DNA of 64,000 nt from Candidatus Kerfeldbacteria bacterium (lineage in GTDB: Bacteria; Patescibacteriota; Patescibacteriia; SBBC01). The notes below the pieces were generated by a model. The model worked only from the letters and a program-made list of their open reading frames with translations. It was not told the DNA's origin and made no database searches. The stretch covers positions 1,706 to 65,705 of the forward strand of contig JACQPY010000012.1 of NCBI GenBank assembly GCA_016207275.1, written 5' to 3'. Every line of letters begins with the position of its first letter. The stretch's first letter is position 1. This document shows positions 8,012-15,920 of this stretch, in pieces. The translations under genes and the position numbers were made by a program.

Positions 8012-8053
8012 GCCCCCGCGCTTGTTCATCAGGCGGGGGCTTTGATTTTTTTG
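8012..8053 (+). terminator. Rho-independent terminator (GCCCCCGC-loop-GCGGGGGC followed by TTTGATTTTTTTG)
   Basis: 8-bp GC stem plus a long T tract, read directly. Confidence 0.65.
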
Positions 8054-8103
8054 CGTCCTTGTGATGAGCCTCGATCTGAGGCGTATGGTACAATGTTCTC
8101 GGT

Positions 8104-9441
8104 ATGCAGGTCACCCCAGGCATTTTTAAAACCTACGACATTCGGGGGATTTGGGGGAAAGACCTGACGCCCGAAATTGCGAAGGCCATCGGCAAGGCTT
8201 ACGCTACGTTTTTGCAACCGAAACGGATAGTCTGTGGCCACGACGTGCGGAACTCGAGTCCGGCTCTATCCGAAGCGTTGATGGATGGAATGAGCAGCGG
8301 GGGGGTCGAGGTGACGGATATCGGCCTGGTCACCTCCGACGCGCTGTACTTCGCCGTTGGCAAACACGGATTTGACGGCGGCGCGATGGTGACCGCGTCA
8401 CACAACCCGCCGGAATGGAATGGGGTCAAGTTGACGCGGGATCGAGCCATTCCGATTGTTGGTGACGAGAATAAAACGATCGGAAGAATTGTTGAGCGAG
8501 AATCATTTGCATCCGTCGATGGACCGGGAAAACGATTGTCGTTCGACATTGCGGCTCAGTATATTGCCCAGGTCTTGTCCTTCAGTACGCATGAGGCCGG
8601 TCGATCGATGAAGGTCGTCATTGATGCCGGTAACGGAACAGTTATTCCCTTTCTACCAGCGATCATGGCCAAATTGCCCTTTGCCTGGGAAGGCATGAAC
8701 ATGACGCCGGACGGAAATTTCCCGGGACGCAATCCGAATCCGCTGGCCGAGGGGGCGCTCGACGGTTTGCAGCGGAGGATTGTGGCCACCACGGCCGACG
8801 TGGGGGTGGCCTTCGACGCCGACGCTGACCGAATGTTCTTCTTGGACGAGCATGGGGAACGAGTGCTCGGTGATGTCCTGACGGCGCTCTTGGCCAAGCA
8901 GTTCCTGCGGCAGCATCCCGGCTCGACGATCGTCTATAATCTCATCAGCTCCCACATGGTTCCCGAAGAAATCCTCAAAGCCGGCGGGAAACCTATTCGA
9001 TCAGCCGTTGGTCATGCGCATATGAAGCCGGCGATGCGACAGCGCCAGGCTGTGTTCGGTGGCGAAATTTCCGGGCACTACTTCTTCCGCGACCACTACT
9101 ACGCCGATTCCGGCCTGATTGCCATGGTGGTGGGCTTAAGTTATTTGAACCAGCAAGACAAACCATTATCCGAGCTGGTCCGCGAGATTGACGTTTACGC
9201 TCACACCGCCGAGGTCAACTCCGCGGTTGAGGACATTCCTGGCACACTGGCAAAAATCAAAGCCGCCTACCAGGGTGGCCAGCTCGACGAAACCGACGGG
9301 GTGACGGTGGAGTACCGTGACTGGTGGTTCAACGTCCGGCCGTCGAATACCGAGCCCTTGCTGCGCTTGAGCGTGGAAGCAAAAACGCCGGCGGAGATGG
9401 AGCGGCGGCGGGATGAGATTTTGCGAATTATTCGCGGTTAG
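8104..9441 (+). CDS. manB: Phosphomannomutase/phosphoglucomutase (alpha-D-phosphohexomutase family)
   Basis: 445 aa. TASHNPPEWNG active-site serine loop, GDxDxDR metal-binding loop (FDADADRMF) and sugar-binding loop of PGM/PMM enzymes. Confidence 0.9.
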   Translation: MQVTPGIFKTYDIRGIWGKDLTPEIAKAIGKAYATFLQPKRIVCGHDVRNSSPALSEALMDGMSSGGVEVTDIGLVTSDALYFAVGKHGFDGGAMVTASHNPPEWNGVKLTRDRAIPIVGDENKTIGRIVERESFASVDGPGKRLSFDIAAQYIAQVLSFSTHEAGRSMKVVIDAGNGTVIPFLPAIMAKLPFAWEGMNMTPDGNFPGRNPNPLAEGALDGLQRRIVATTADVGVAFDADADRMFFLDEHGERVLGDVLTALLAKQFLRQHPGSTIVYNLISSHMVPEEILKAGGKPIRSAVGHAHMKPAMRQRQAVFGGEISGHYFFRDHYYADSGLIAMVVGLSYLNQQDKPLSELVREIDVYAHTAEVNSAVEDIPGTLAKIKAAYQGGQLDETDGVTVEYRDWWFNVRPSNTEPLLRLSVEAKTPAEMERRRDEILRIIRG

Positions 9442-9481
9442 AAAAAGTACCGGCCGGAATCTCGCGACCTCACGCGAGTTG

Positions 9482-9529
9482 ATGGAGCAAGAGCGGGACG
9501 AGGTACTGGCGATGATTCAGCGGCAGTAG
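9482..9529 (+). other. Short duplicated relic of the manB 3' end (encodes MEQERDEVLAMIQRQ*, compare manB C-terminus MERRRDEILRIIRG*)
   Basis: Sequence similarity seen by eye 40 nt downstream of the manB stop. Confidence 0.35.
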
Positions 9530-9549
9530 TTACGGTTTTTTGTAACTAC
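9526..9549. terminator. Hairpin GTAGTTAC-ggtttttt-GTAACTAC between the convergent manB and M23 peptidase genes
   Basis: Perfect 8-bp stem with a T-rich loop, read directly. Confidence 0.4.
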
Positions 9550-9613
9550 CCAGCAACGCGGTGTCTGGGGATCCTTCGCGTTTGCTCAGGGTGAATCCCC
9601 TTTCTTTGTTTAC

Positions 9614-10990
9614 TTATAGATAGGTCAGTGGGTTGACCTTCCGGCCACTGACCCAGGTTTCGAAGTGGACGTGCGTACCAGAGGACCGGCCGGTTGAACC
9701 GCACATCGCAATCGTTTGGCCGCGGCTGACACGCTGGCCGGGCTTGACGAAGATTTTGGAGGCGTGGCCGTAGAGCGTCTGCAAGCCGCCGCCGTGGTTA
9801 ATCACAATGTGGTAGCCGTAGCCCCAGCGCTGGTAGACCACGGCCGAAACCGTACCTTCGCGGGCGGCGAAGAGGGGATTGCCGTAGGCGCACTCGGCGT
9901 CAATGCCGGTATGCCCGTAGCGGAAGTATTGGTTGATGCGCCGACCAACCGTCGGCCAGTTGAGCCGACCGCCGCCAATCGCCGGGGCCGGACCAGGGAT
10001 CGGACCAACAAAGCCAGGCCGACCAGGTGCCGCCAACGACGGTCGTTCAGCCGGAAGCTCGGGAATCTCGCCGCCCGGCACGATGATGGTTTGGTCAACG
10101 CTGATGGCCGAGGCGTCAGCCAGGTGATTAAAGTCGAGGATCTCTTGGGCTTCGACTTTATACTTAGTAGCGATTGAAGCAATCGTGTCGCCTTTAACCA
10201 CTTTGTGGAGCACGCCGGTGATGGGCGGGATGAGGAGTTCTTGACCCGGCTTAATGAAATCCGCGTTCGACATCTTGTTAGCGGCCAAGATAGTTTTCTG
10301 GGTCACGCCGAAGCGGTTGGCAATGCCGCCGATGGTGTCGCCGCCCTGGATAATGTAGGTGACCACGTCTGACCGTTGCTGAACTTCGCTACTGCTGGCG
10401 ACGGGAATCTGGAGGGCGCTGCCGTCGGCGCTGACCGCCGCTTCGGCATCGACGACGCTGCCGATCTCGGCTTCGAGCAAATCATCCGGGGCAATAGCGT
10501 TTTGACGGCTGACGTAGGCGACTTTTCGGGCTGGCGCGCGCTCGACGATGTCCTGCTCTTCTGGGTTGGTCGCGCTGACCACTTGGCTCAAGACGCTGTC
10601 GCCAGCCACGTCAGCCAACCCGGCGCCGCGGGCGCTGAGGTTGTTGACCGCGACGCTGACGGTCAAGAGGAAGACGGCGGTATGGACGACGTAGCGGCTG
10701 GTCAGGACCGAGAGGACGGTGGCTTGGGCTGACGAACCGCGGCGAAGGGCGATGGTGCGGTGCTTGGCGGTGAAGAGCAGGCGGTAGAGCGGGAGTAAGA
10801 GGCGCACGGTCAACCGGCTGACCAGCCGCAGCGGTCGGACCGTCAGTTGCATCAAAACCAAGCCCACGGTTCGACCGAGCCAGGTCAGCAGCCGCGCGAG
10901 ACCGACTAAGATCCGGAGGGCGAGTTGTGTCAGGCGATTACGAATAGCGTTATTCCGTCTGCGCGCCGGGCCCACCAACTGTAAAAACAA
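9614..10990 (-). CDS. Membrane-anchored LysM-domain M23 family metallopeptidase (peptidoglycan endopeptidase)
   Basis: 458 aa. N-terminal TM, two LysM-like segments (YIIQGGDTIGGIANRFGV..., HKVVKGDTIASIATKYKV...), C-terminal M23 motifs HTGIDAECAYGNPLFAAREGTV and GSTGRSSGTHVHFE. Confidence 0.85.
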   Translation of the reverse strand: MFLQLVGPARRRNNAIRNRLTQLALRILVGLARLLTWLGRTVGLVLMQLTVRPLRLVSRLTVRLLLPLYRLLFTAKHRTIALRRGSSAQATVLSVLTSRYVVHTAVFLLTVSVAVNNLSARGAGLADVAGDSVLSQVVSATNPEEQDIVERAPARKVAYVSRQNAIAPDDLLEAEIGSVVDAEAAVSADGSALQIPVASSSEVQQRSDVVTYIIQGGDTIGGIANRFGVTQKTILAANKMSNADFIKPGQELLIPPITGVLHKVVKGDTIASIATKYKVEAQEILDFNHLADASAISVDQTIIVPGGEIPELPAERPSLAAPGRPGFVGPIPGPAPAIGGGRLNWPTVGRRINQYFRYGHTGIDAECAYGNPLFAAREGTVSAVVYQRWGYGYHIVINHGGGLQTLYGHASKIFVKPGQRVSRGQTIAMCGSTGRSSGTHVHFETWVSGRKVNPLTYL

Positions 10991-11131
10991 CTGATGTTAA
11001 TGCAGTCAGTTAGGAAACACGCAACAGACAGATTACCATGCGCAGCCGTCAGTGTCAACACTCGGTATGATAGTATCATACAATACGTAAACGGTGGACG
11101 GCGGCGAGCGCGACCGCTAGAATGAACGCGT

Positions 11132-14116
11132 ATGGAAAAGTACAACCACCGCGCGGTCGAAGCGAAGTGGCAGCAGCGTTGGGAAGAGGCGGGAGTGTTT
11201 GCGGCGAAGGACCTCACCCCCGCCCGCTCCGCCGTGCGGAGCATGGCGGGCGGGTCGGCCTCCAGCAGCTCCCACCCCCTCAGCGCTTCGCGCAGCTCCC
11301 CCTCAGGCAGGGGGAGCAACTCCGTGTACGTCCTCGACATGTTTCCCTACCCGTCGAGCGACGGATTGCATGTCGGACACCCCGAGGGTTACACGGCCAG
11401 TGACATTGTGGCGCGCTACATGCGGATGAACGGCAAGAACGTCCTGCACCCGATGGGCTGGGACGCATTCGGTTTGCCAGCGGAAAACGCGGCGATCAAG
11501 AAAGGCGTCCACCCGCGGATCGTGACTGAGCAGAACGTCAACAATTTCAAGCGGCAGATCAAGTCGCTGGGCTTTTCCTACGACTGGTCGCGCGAAGTCA
11601 ACACCACTGATCCTCGGTATTACAAGTGGACCCAGTGGATTTTTCTGCAGCTCTTCAAGATGGGCTTGGCTTACGAAGCCGAGGTGCCGATTTGGTGGTG
11701 TCCGAAAGACAAAACCGGACTGGCGAATGAGGAGGTGGTGAATGGTTGTTGTGAGCGGTGTGGAACGAAAGTGGAACGAAAAAAACTGCGTCAATGGTTA
11801 TTGCGAATCACGAAGTACGCCGATCGCTTGCTCGCCGGTTTGGAAAAACTCGATTGGCCCGAGTCAATTAAGGCCTTGCAGCGGAATTGGATTGGGAAGA
11901 GCGAGGGAGCGGAGGTGGTGTTTGAAGTAGGAAGTATGGAGTATGAAGTATGGGGTAAGGGAGGCGAAAGGGTTGCTGATACCATGCAGTTTGTTCCGGA
12001 GCTAGTGCCGTTGGTGCTCAACGGTTCGAAGTTCAAGACGTATCGCTTTTTTGAACCGAAAAATGTCCGTAAGGGTGATAGTGTTGAGTTTATTAATGCA
12101 TCCACAAAAGAGAGTTTTGCGATGGCGCGGATCACCAAGGTGGAAAAACGAAATTTCATCGACATTCCGCTGCACGACAAAGGCCATGAGCCAGATGTTT
12201 CCATTGAAGCGAGAAGGAAAAGGTACGAAGGGTACTATAAGAAAATAGTGAATAATGATACTCCGGTATGGATTTACTCGTTTATTTTGGAAAAAACGAA
12301 GGGAAAAGCGAGATTCCGGATCAAGTCCGGAATGACAGATAAGAAAAAGCATAGTGTGCCTGTCTTCACCACCCGTCCAGACACGTTGTTTGGCGCGACG
12401 TACCTCGTGCTCTCGCCGGAACATCCGCTCGTGGACATGATTACGAGCGAGAAACAGAAGAAGGCGGTGGAGAAATACAAGAAGGATGTCGCAAGCAAGA
12501 CGGACCTTGAACGTACTTCTCTGGAAAAGGAAAAAACTGGCGTGTTCACTGGCGCGTATGCGGTGAATCCGGTGAACAACGAGAAAATTCCAGTTTGGAT
12601 TGCCGATTACGTGTTGATGTCCTACGGCACCGGCGCGATTATGGCCGTGCCGGCGCATGATGAGCGGGATTATGAATTTGCCAAGAAGTTTAAGTTGCCG
12701 ATTTTGAAAGTAATCAAGCCGCCGTCGGTCATGCCGAAGAACCCCGTGGAAACCATCATCAGTCCTGGAGGGTGGGGACATCTCGGCAGCGAACTTGAGA
12801 GCGATTGCTGGACCGGCGAAGGAACGATGGTGAACTCAGGGAAGTTTGATGGCCTCTTGAGCGAAAAAGGGCGGAAGAAAATCATCGAGTGGCTCGAACA
12901 CGAAGGTAAAGGAAGATTTGCCGTCAACTACAAACTCCGCGACTGGGTGTTTTCACGGCAGCGTTATTGGGGCGAGCCGATTCCGCTGGTGCACTGTCCA
13001 AACCACGGCGTCGTGCCAGTGCCGGAAGATCAATTACCAGTGCTGTTACCGGACGTGGAGAAGTACGAGCCGACGGGGACTGGAAAGTCTCCTCTGGCAG
13101 GGATGAAGGAATGGGTGCAAACGCAATGCCCGCTGGGAGACGGTCCGGCAGAGCGCGAAACCAACACCATGCCGCAGTGGGCTGGTTCGTGCTGGTATTA
13201 CTTGCGCTACCTTGATCCGAAGAACGAGCAGGCGTTGGCCGATCCGGAAACAATGAAGCAGTGGCTGCCGGTTGATGTGTACGTCGGTGGGGCAGAGCAC
13301 GCCGTGCTGCATTTGCTGTACTCACGTTTCTGGCATATGGCGCTCTACGATGCTGGCGTACTTCCAAAGGACGTTGGCGATGAGCCTTTCATAAAATTGA
13401 AGAACCAAGGCCTCATCCTAGGTCCGGACGGCGAAAAAATGTCGAAGTCGCGCGGTAACGTCATCAACCCCGACCCATTGATAGCCAAGTTCGGAGCAGA
13501 CAGCTTCCGGATGTACGAAATGTTCATGGGGCCGTTTGAAGACGCCAAGCCGTGGAGCACGAACGGGATCGTGGGGGTGAGGAGGTTTTTGCAAAGAATC
13601 TGGAATATAGCGCATAGCGGTAGAGTTCAAAAAACAACACTTATAGAAGACCCGAATCTTCGTAGACGGCATATATATACAGCTTCCATTGAATATGGTA
13701 TCGATAGTTTCAAATTTAATACTTGTGTTAGTGAGTTAATGAAGTGGAGCAATAGTTGGGATGAACCAACAAAAGATGCGTACGTCGATAAAGACGAATT
13801 CGAAGTTTTCTTAAAGCTTCTTTCGCCCTTTGCTCCGCATATTTCAGAGGAGCTTTGGTCAAAGCTAGGACACGGAACATTGCTAGTGCAGGAGGAATGG
13901 CCAATATTCAATCGTGATTTAATAAGACCTAGCGAAGTCAGGATCGCAATTCAAGTCAACGGTAAATTGCGGGGAACAGTAACAATGCCAAGCGGTTCCG
14001 CAAAGCATGATGTGGAAGCGGCGGCCAAAGCCGAGCCGAATGTGGCGAAGTATTTGAACGGTAAGCCGAAGAAGGTAGTATATATAAAAGATCGTTTACT
14101 GAATTATGTAGTCTAA
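11132..14116 (+). CDS. leuS: Leucyl-tRNA synthetase carrying two in-frame insertions (low-complexity Ser/Arg-rich N-terminal insert; ~144-aa ASCH/PUA-like insert before the editing domain) and an AT-rich 3' portion
   Basis: 994 aa. YVLDMFPYPSSDGLHVGHPEGY (HIGH region), VFTTRPDTLFGATY editing domain, KMSKS as KMSKSRGN, C-terminal IQVNGKLRG. Bacterial LeuS is typically ~800-870 aa. Confidence 0.95.
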   Translation: MEKYNHRAVEAKWQQRWEEAGVFAAKDLTPARSAVRSMAGGSASSSSHPLSASRSSPSGRGSNSVYVLDMFPYPSSDGLHVGHPEGYTASDIVARYMRMNGKNVLHPMGWDAFGLPAENAAIKKGVHPRIVTEQNVNNFKRQIKSLGFSYDWSREVNTTDPRYYKWTQWIFLQLFKMGLAYEAEVPIWWCPKDKTGLANEEVVNGCCERCGTKVERKKLRQWLLRITKYADRLLAGLEKLDWPESIKALQRNWIGKSEGAEVVFEVGSMEYEVWGKGGERVADTMQFVPELVPLVLNGSKFKTYRFFEPKNVRKGDSVEFINASTKESFAMARITKVEKRNFIDIPLHDKGHEPDVSIEARRKRYEGYYKKIVNNDTPVWIYSFILEKTKGKARFRIKSGMTDKKKHSVPVFTTRPDTLFGATYLVLSPEHPLVDMITSEKQKKAVEKYKKDVASKTDLERTSLEKEKTGVFTGAYAVNPVNNEKIPVWIADYVLMSYGTGAIMAVPAHDERDYEFAKKFKLPILKVIKPPSVMPKNPVETIISPGGWGHLGSELESDCWTGEGTMVNSGKFDGLLSEKGRKKIIEWLEHEGKGRFAVNYKLRDWVFSRQRYWGEPIPLVHCPNHGVVPVPEDQLPVLLPDVEKYEPTGTGKSPLAGMKEWVQTQCPLGDGPAERETNTMPQWAGSCWYYLRYLDPKNEQALADPETMKQWLPVDVYVGGAEHAVLHLLYSRFWHMALYDAGVLPKDVGDEPFIKLKNQGLILGPDGEKMSKSRGNVINPDPLIAKFGADSFRMYEMFMGPFEDAKPWSTNGIVGVRRFLQRIWNIAHSGRVQKTTLIEDPNLRRRHIYTASIEYGIDSFKFNTCVSELMKWSNSWDEPTKDAYVDKDEFEVFLKLLSPFAPHISEELWSKLGHGTLLVQEEWPIFNRDLIRPSEVRIAIQVNGKLRGTVTMPSGSAKHDVEAAAKAEPNVAKYLNGKPKKVVYIKDRLLNYVV

Positions 14117-14161
14117 TTATTTACTCATCACTTATCAATTAATGGGCGATCCATATGAATC

Positions 14162-14725
14162 ATGAATAACGAAGGCGGCGAGTCAAAGTTTGCTGACTGG
14201 AAGGCGCCGGACGAAGAAGCCGAGCGAAAACCATTTGGCGAAGCAGACGAAGCCGAACAAATTGAACGTACCAAACATCTACGTGAAACTTTCAGCCGCG
14301 AGTCTTCTTTGGGTGAATTTTGGGGCAATGCATATAAGTATTCAGAAAAACTACCAATTTTAGGGAAAACTCCTGATGAGGCAAGAAAATTAATCGCCGA
14401 AGCCGCCAGCGGAGTGAAATTGATCGAACAGGCACTCGAAACATTCAAATCAATCAAATTGCGCGAAACGGGCCAAGAGAATTACTTGATCCTTGGCGTG
14501 AACGAACTACAAGAAACAAACAACTGGCAATCTTTTTTGCAGGCCGGGAAACTCGACGTGCCGAAACTCAAGGAACTTATCCGCTGGTTGCTCGAAAGCC
14601 ACCGCCTCAAAGGGGCTGAGTTGGGTCGGCCGAGTGAACTCAAGCCCTCTGATATTGAGGAAATCTTTGATGATATGGACTATGTCTTGAAAAAAGTGAA
14701 CGATTATCTGCCGAGCAAAAAATGA
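14162..14725 (+). CDS. Hypothetical protein in a low-GC island
   Basis: 187-aa acidic protein with no recognisable motifs. About 40% GC versus ~60% for the surrounding chromosome. Followed by a conserved ~45-nt 3' element. Confidence 0.5.
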   Translation: MNNEGGESKFADWKAPDEEAERKPFGEADEAEQIERTKHLRETFSRESSLGEFWGNAYKYSEKLPILGKTPDEARKLIAEAASGVKLIEQALETFKSIKLRETGQENYLILGVNELQETNNWQSFLQAGKLDVPKLKELIRWLLESHRLKGAELGRPSELKPSDIEEIFDDMDYVLKKVNDYLPSKK

Positions 14726-14763
14726 TTTTCATGAATGATCAGTTGATTAATTTTGTGGTGTAG
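14723..14763 (+). repeat. Conserved 3' element copy 1 (TGATTTTCATGAATGATCAGTTGATTAATTTTGTGGTGTAG)
   Basis: About 80% identical to copy 2 at 15552-15597. Starts at the stop codon of the preceding gene and ends 2 nt before the next ATG. Confidence 0.55.
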
Positions 14764-14765
14764 TT

Positions 14766-15554
14766 ATGGAGTACAAAGGCGAACTGCCACAGAATCCAGA
14801 CCAAAAAGACTCATCGGAACTTGAAGCCGAGCGTCAACGGATTCGCGAAGAAATCCAATTAGAGCTAGAACAGCTCCCCGATGATGAGTCTGGACGTGAG
14901 CGTCGTGAGTTCCTCACTCGAGAGCCAGCATTTTATGCTTATGGTGGAAAGAGTTTCGAAGGACGCCGTCAAACCCCAGGATTCAGAATATCCAGTGCCG
15001 ATGCAAGAATGGGGGTGCTGCAAGATGTTTACGGCCTAAGGAGAGACCATGTTACCTTTGGGGTCGGACGGGGCTGGAATAGAAAGTACATAATTCATCG
15101 TGAACTTCAAAATCCGGATTATCGCGGCGGGTACCCATACACCTTCCTCTTCGATCCCGGTGAAGAGACCTGGCGTCTGTATGGGCAGAATGGAGCTTTG
15201 CTGCTTAGAAACGTTCAGCGCGACACGGAGATTCATGAATGGTTTACTCTCAAACCAGAAAAGATGACCGAGGCGCGCATGCAAGAATACGTTGAACGCC
15301 TTAACCAAGCCGATCGATCGGTTGAACCTCAGTCAAATGCCAGCTTGGAACAATTTCTCAAGACTTCAGGCCATCAAACGGACGTTCAACGGGTTGGATC
15401 GCGAGAAATGGCAGAACCAAACGTCGAACAGATGGCCGCTGCCCTGGCCGCGATGCCCGAATCAGCACGGAGGGAGAGTACGTGGCTGATTGGTGGAGGC
15501 AGTCTTCATGGTGAAGAATTGGGGGCACGAATAGTGTGGGACCCGAGAAAGTGA
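14766..15554 (+). CDS. Hypothetical protein in a low-GC island
   Basis: 262 aa, no recognisable motifs. Followed by copy 2 of the 3' element. Confidence 0.5.
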   Translation: MEYKGELPQNPDQKDSSELEAERQRIREEIQLELEQLPDDESGRERREFLTREPAFYAYGGKSFEGRRQTPGFRISSADARMGVLQDVYGLRRDHVTFGVGRGWNRKYIIHRELQNPDYRGGYPYTFLFDPGEETWRLYGQNGALLLRNVQRDTEIHEWFTLKPEKMTEARMQEYVERLNQADRSVEPQSNASLEQFLKTSGHQTDVQRVGSREMAEPNVEQMAAALAAMPESARRESTWLIGGGSLHGEELGARIVWDPRK

Positions 15555-15597
15555 TTTTCGTGCGTGAAGGATAAGCTGATTAATTTCGTAGTGTGAA
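15552..15597 (+). repeat. Conserved 3' element copy 2 (TGATTTTCGTGCGTGAAGGATAAGCTGATTAATTTCGTAGTGTGA)
   Basis: See copy 1. Followed immediately by a ~70% GC palindrome-dense segment. Confidence 0.55.
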
Positions 15598-15920
15598 GCG
15601 CCGCTCCCACCACCCCCGCCCGCGTAATTCCGTCCCTCGACCTCCCGATGGGATCGAGGTCGCCCCGAGCAAGGTCGAGGGGCGACAAGCTCGGGACGGA
15701 AAACGCGAGGCGGCCCCTCCCCCTTCGGCCTCCCGTTCAGGGTCTGAGGACCCCTCAGGGTCTCGAACGACGAGCTCATCTCGATGCCGAGCCCTCGATG
15801 CCGAGGCAGGGCTGAGAGGTCGGGCAGGAGGGGGAGACCACCCCGTCCCGACCGCGGAGCGCGTCGGGACACCCCTCCTTACAAAGGCGGAGATGAGATG
15901 AAGGTCGGCACCTCATCACA

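Noticed and set aside
11923-12355. Intein in leuS
   Set aside because: No Cys/Ser/Thr at an N-terminal splice junction, no terminal His-Asn, and no endonuclease (LAGLIDADG/HNH) motifs. The insert resembles an ASCH/PUA-like domain instead.
15593-15901. 102-aa + ORF and overlapping 136-aa minus ORF in the GC-rich segment
   Set aside because: Both are low-complexity (Pro/Arg/Gly/Ser runs) in a ~70% GC palindromic stretch. No start context or homolog-like motifs.
15593-15920. Displaced original leuS 3' end at the right border of the low-GC island (expected if an element integrated into leuS)
   Set aside because: The + frame reading from 15601 was translated by eye and the two track ORFs (15593-15901 + and 15462-15872 -) were inspected. 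No LeuS C-terminal-like peptide (…QVNGKLRG…) was found in them, so this specific prediction is unsupported. The other frames were not translated.
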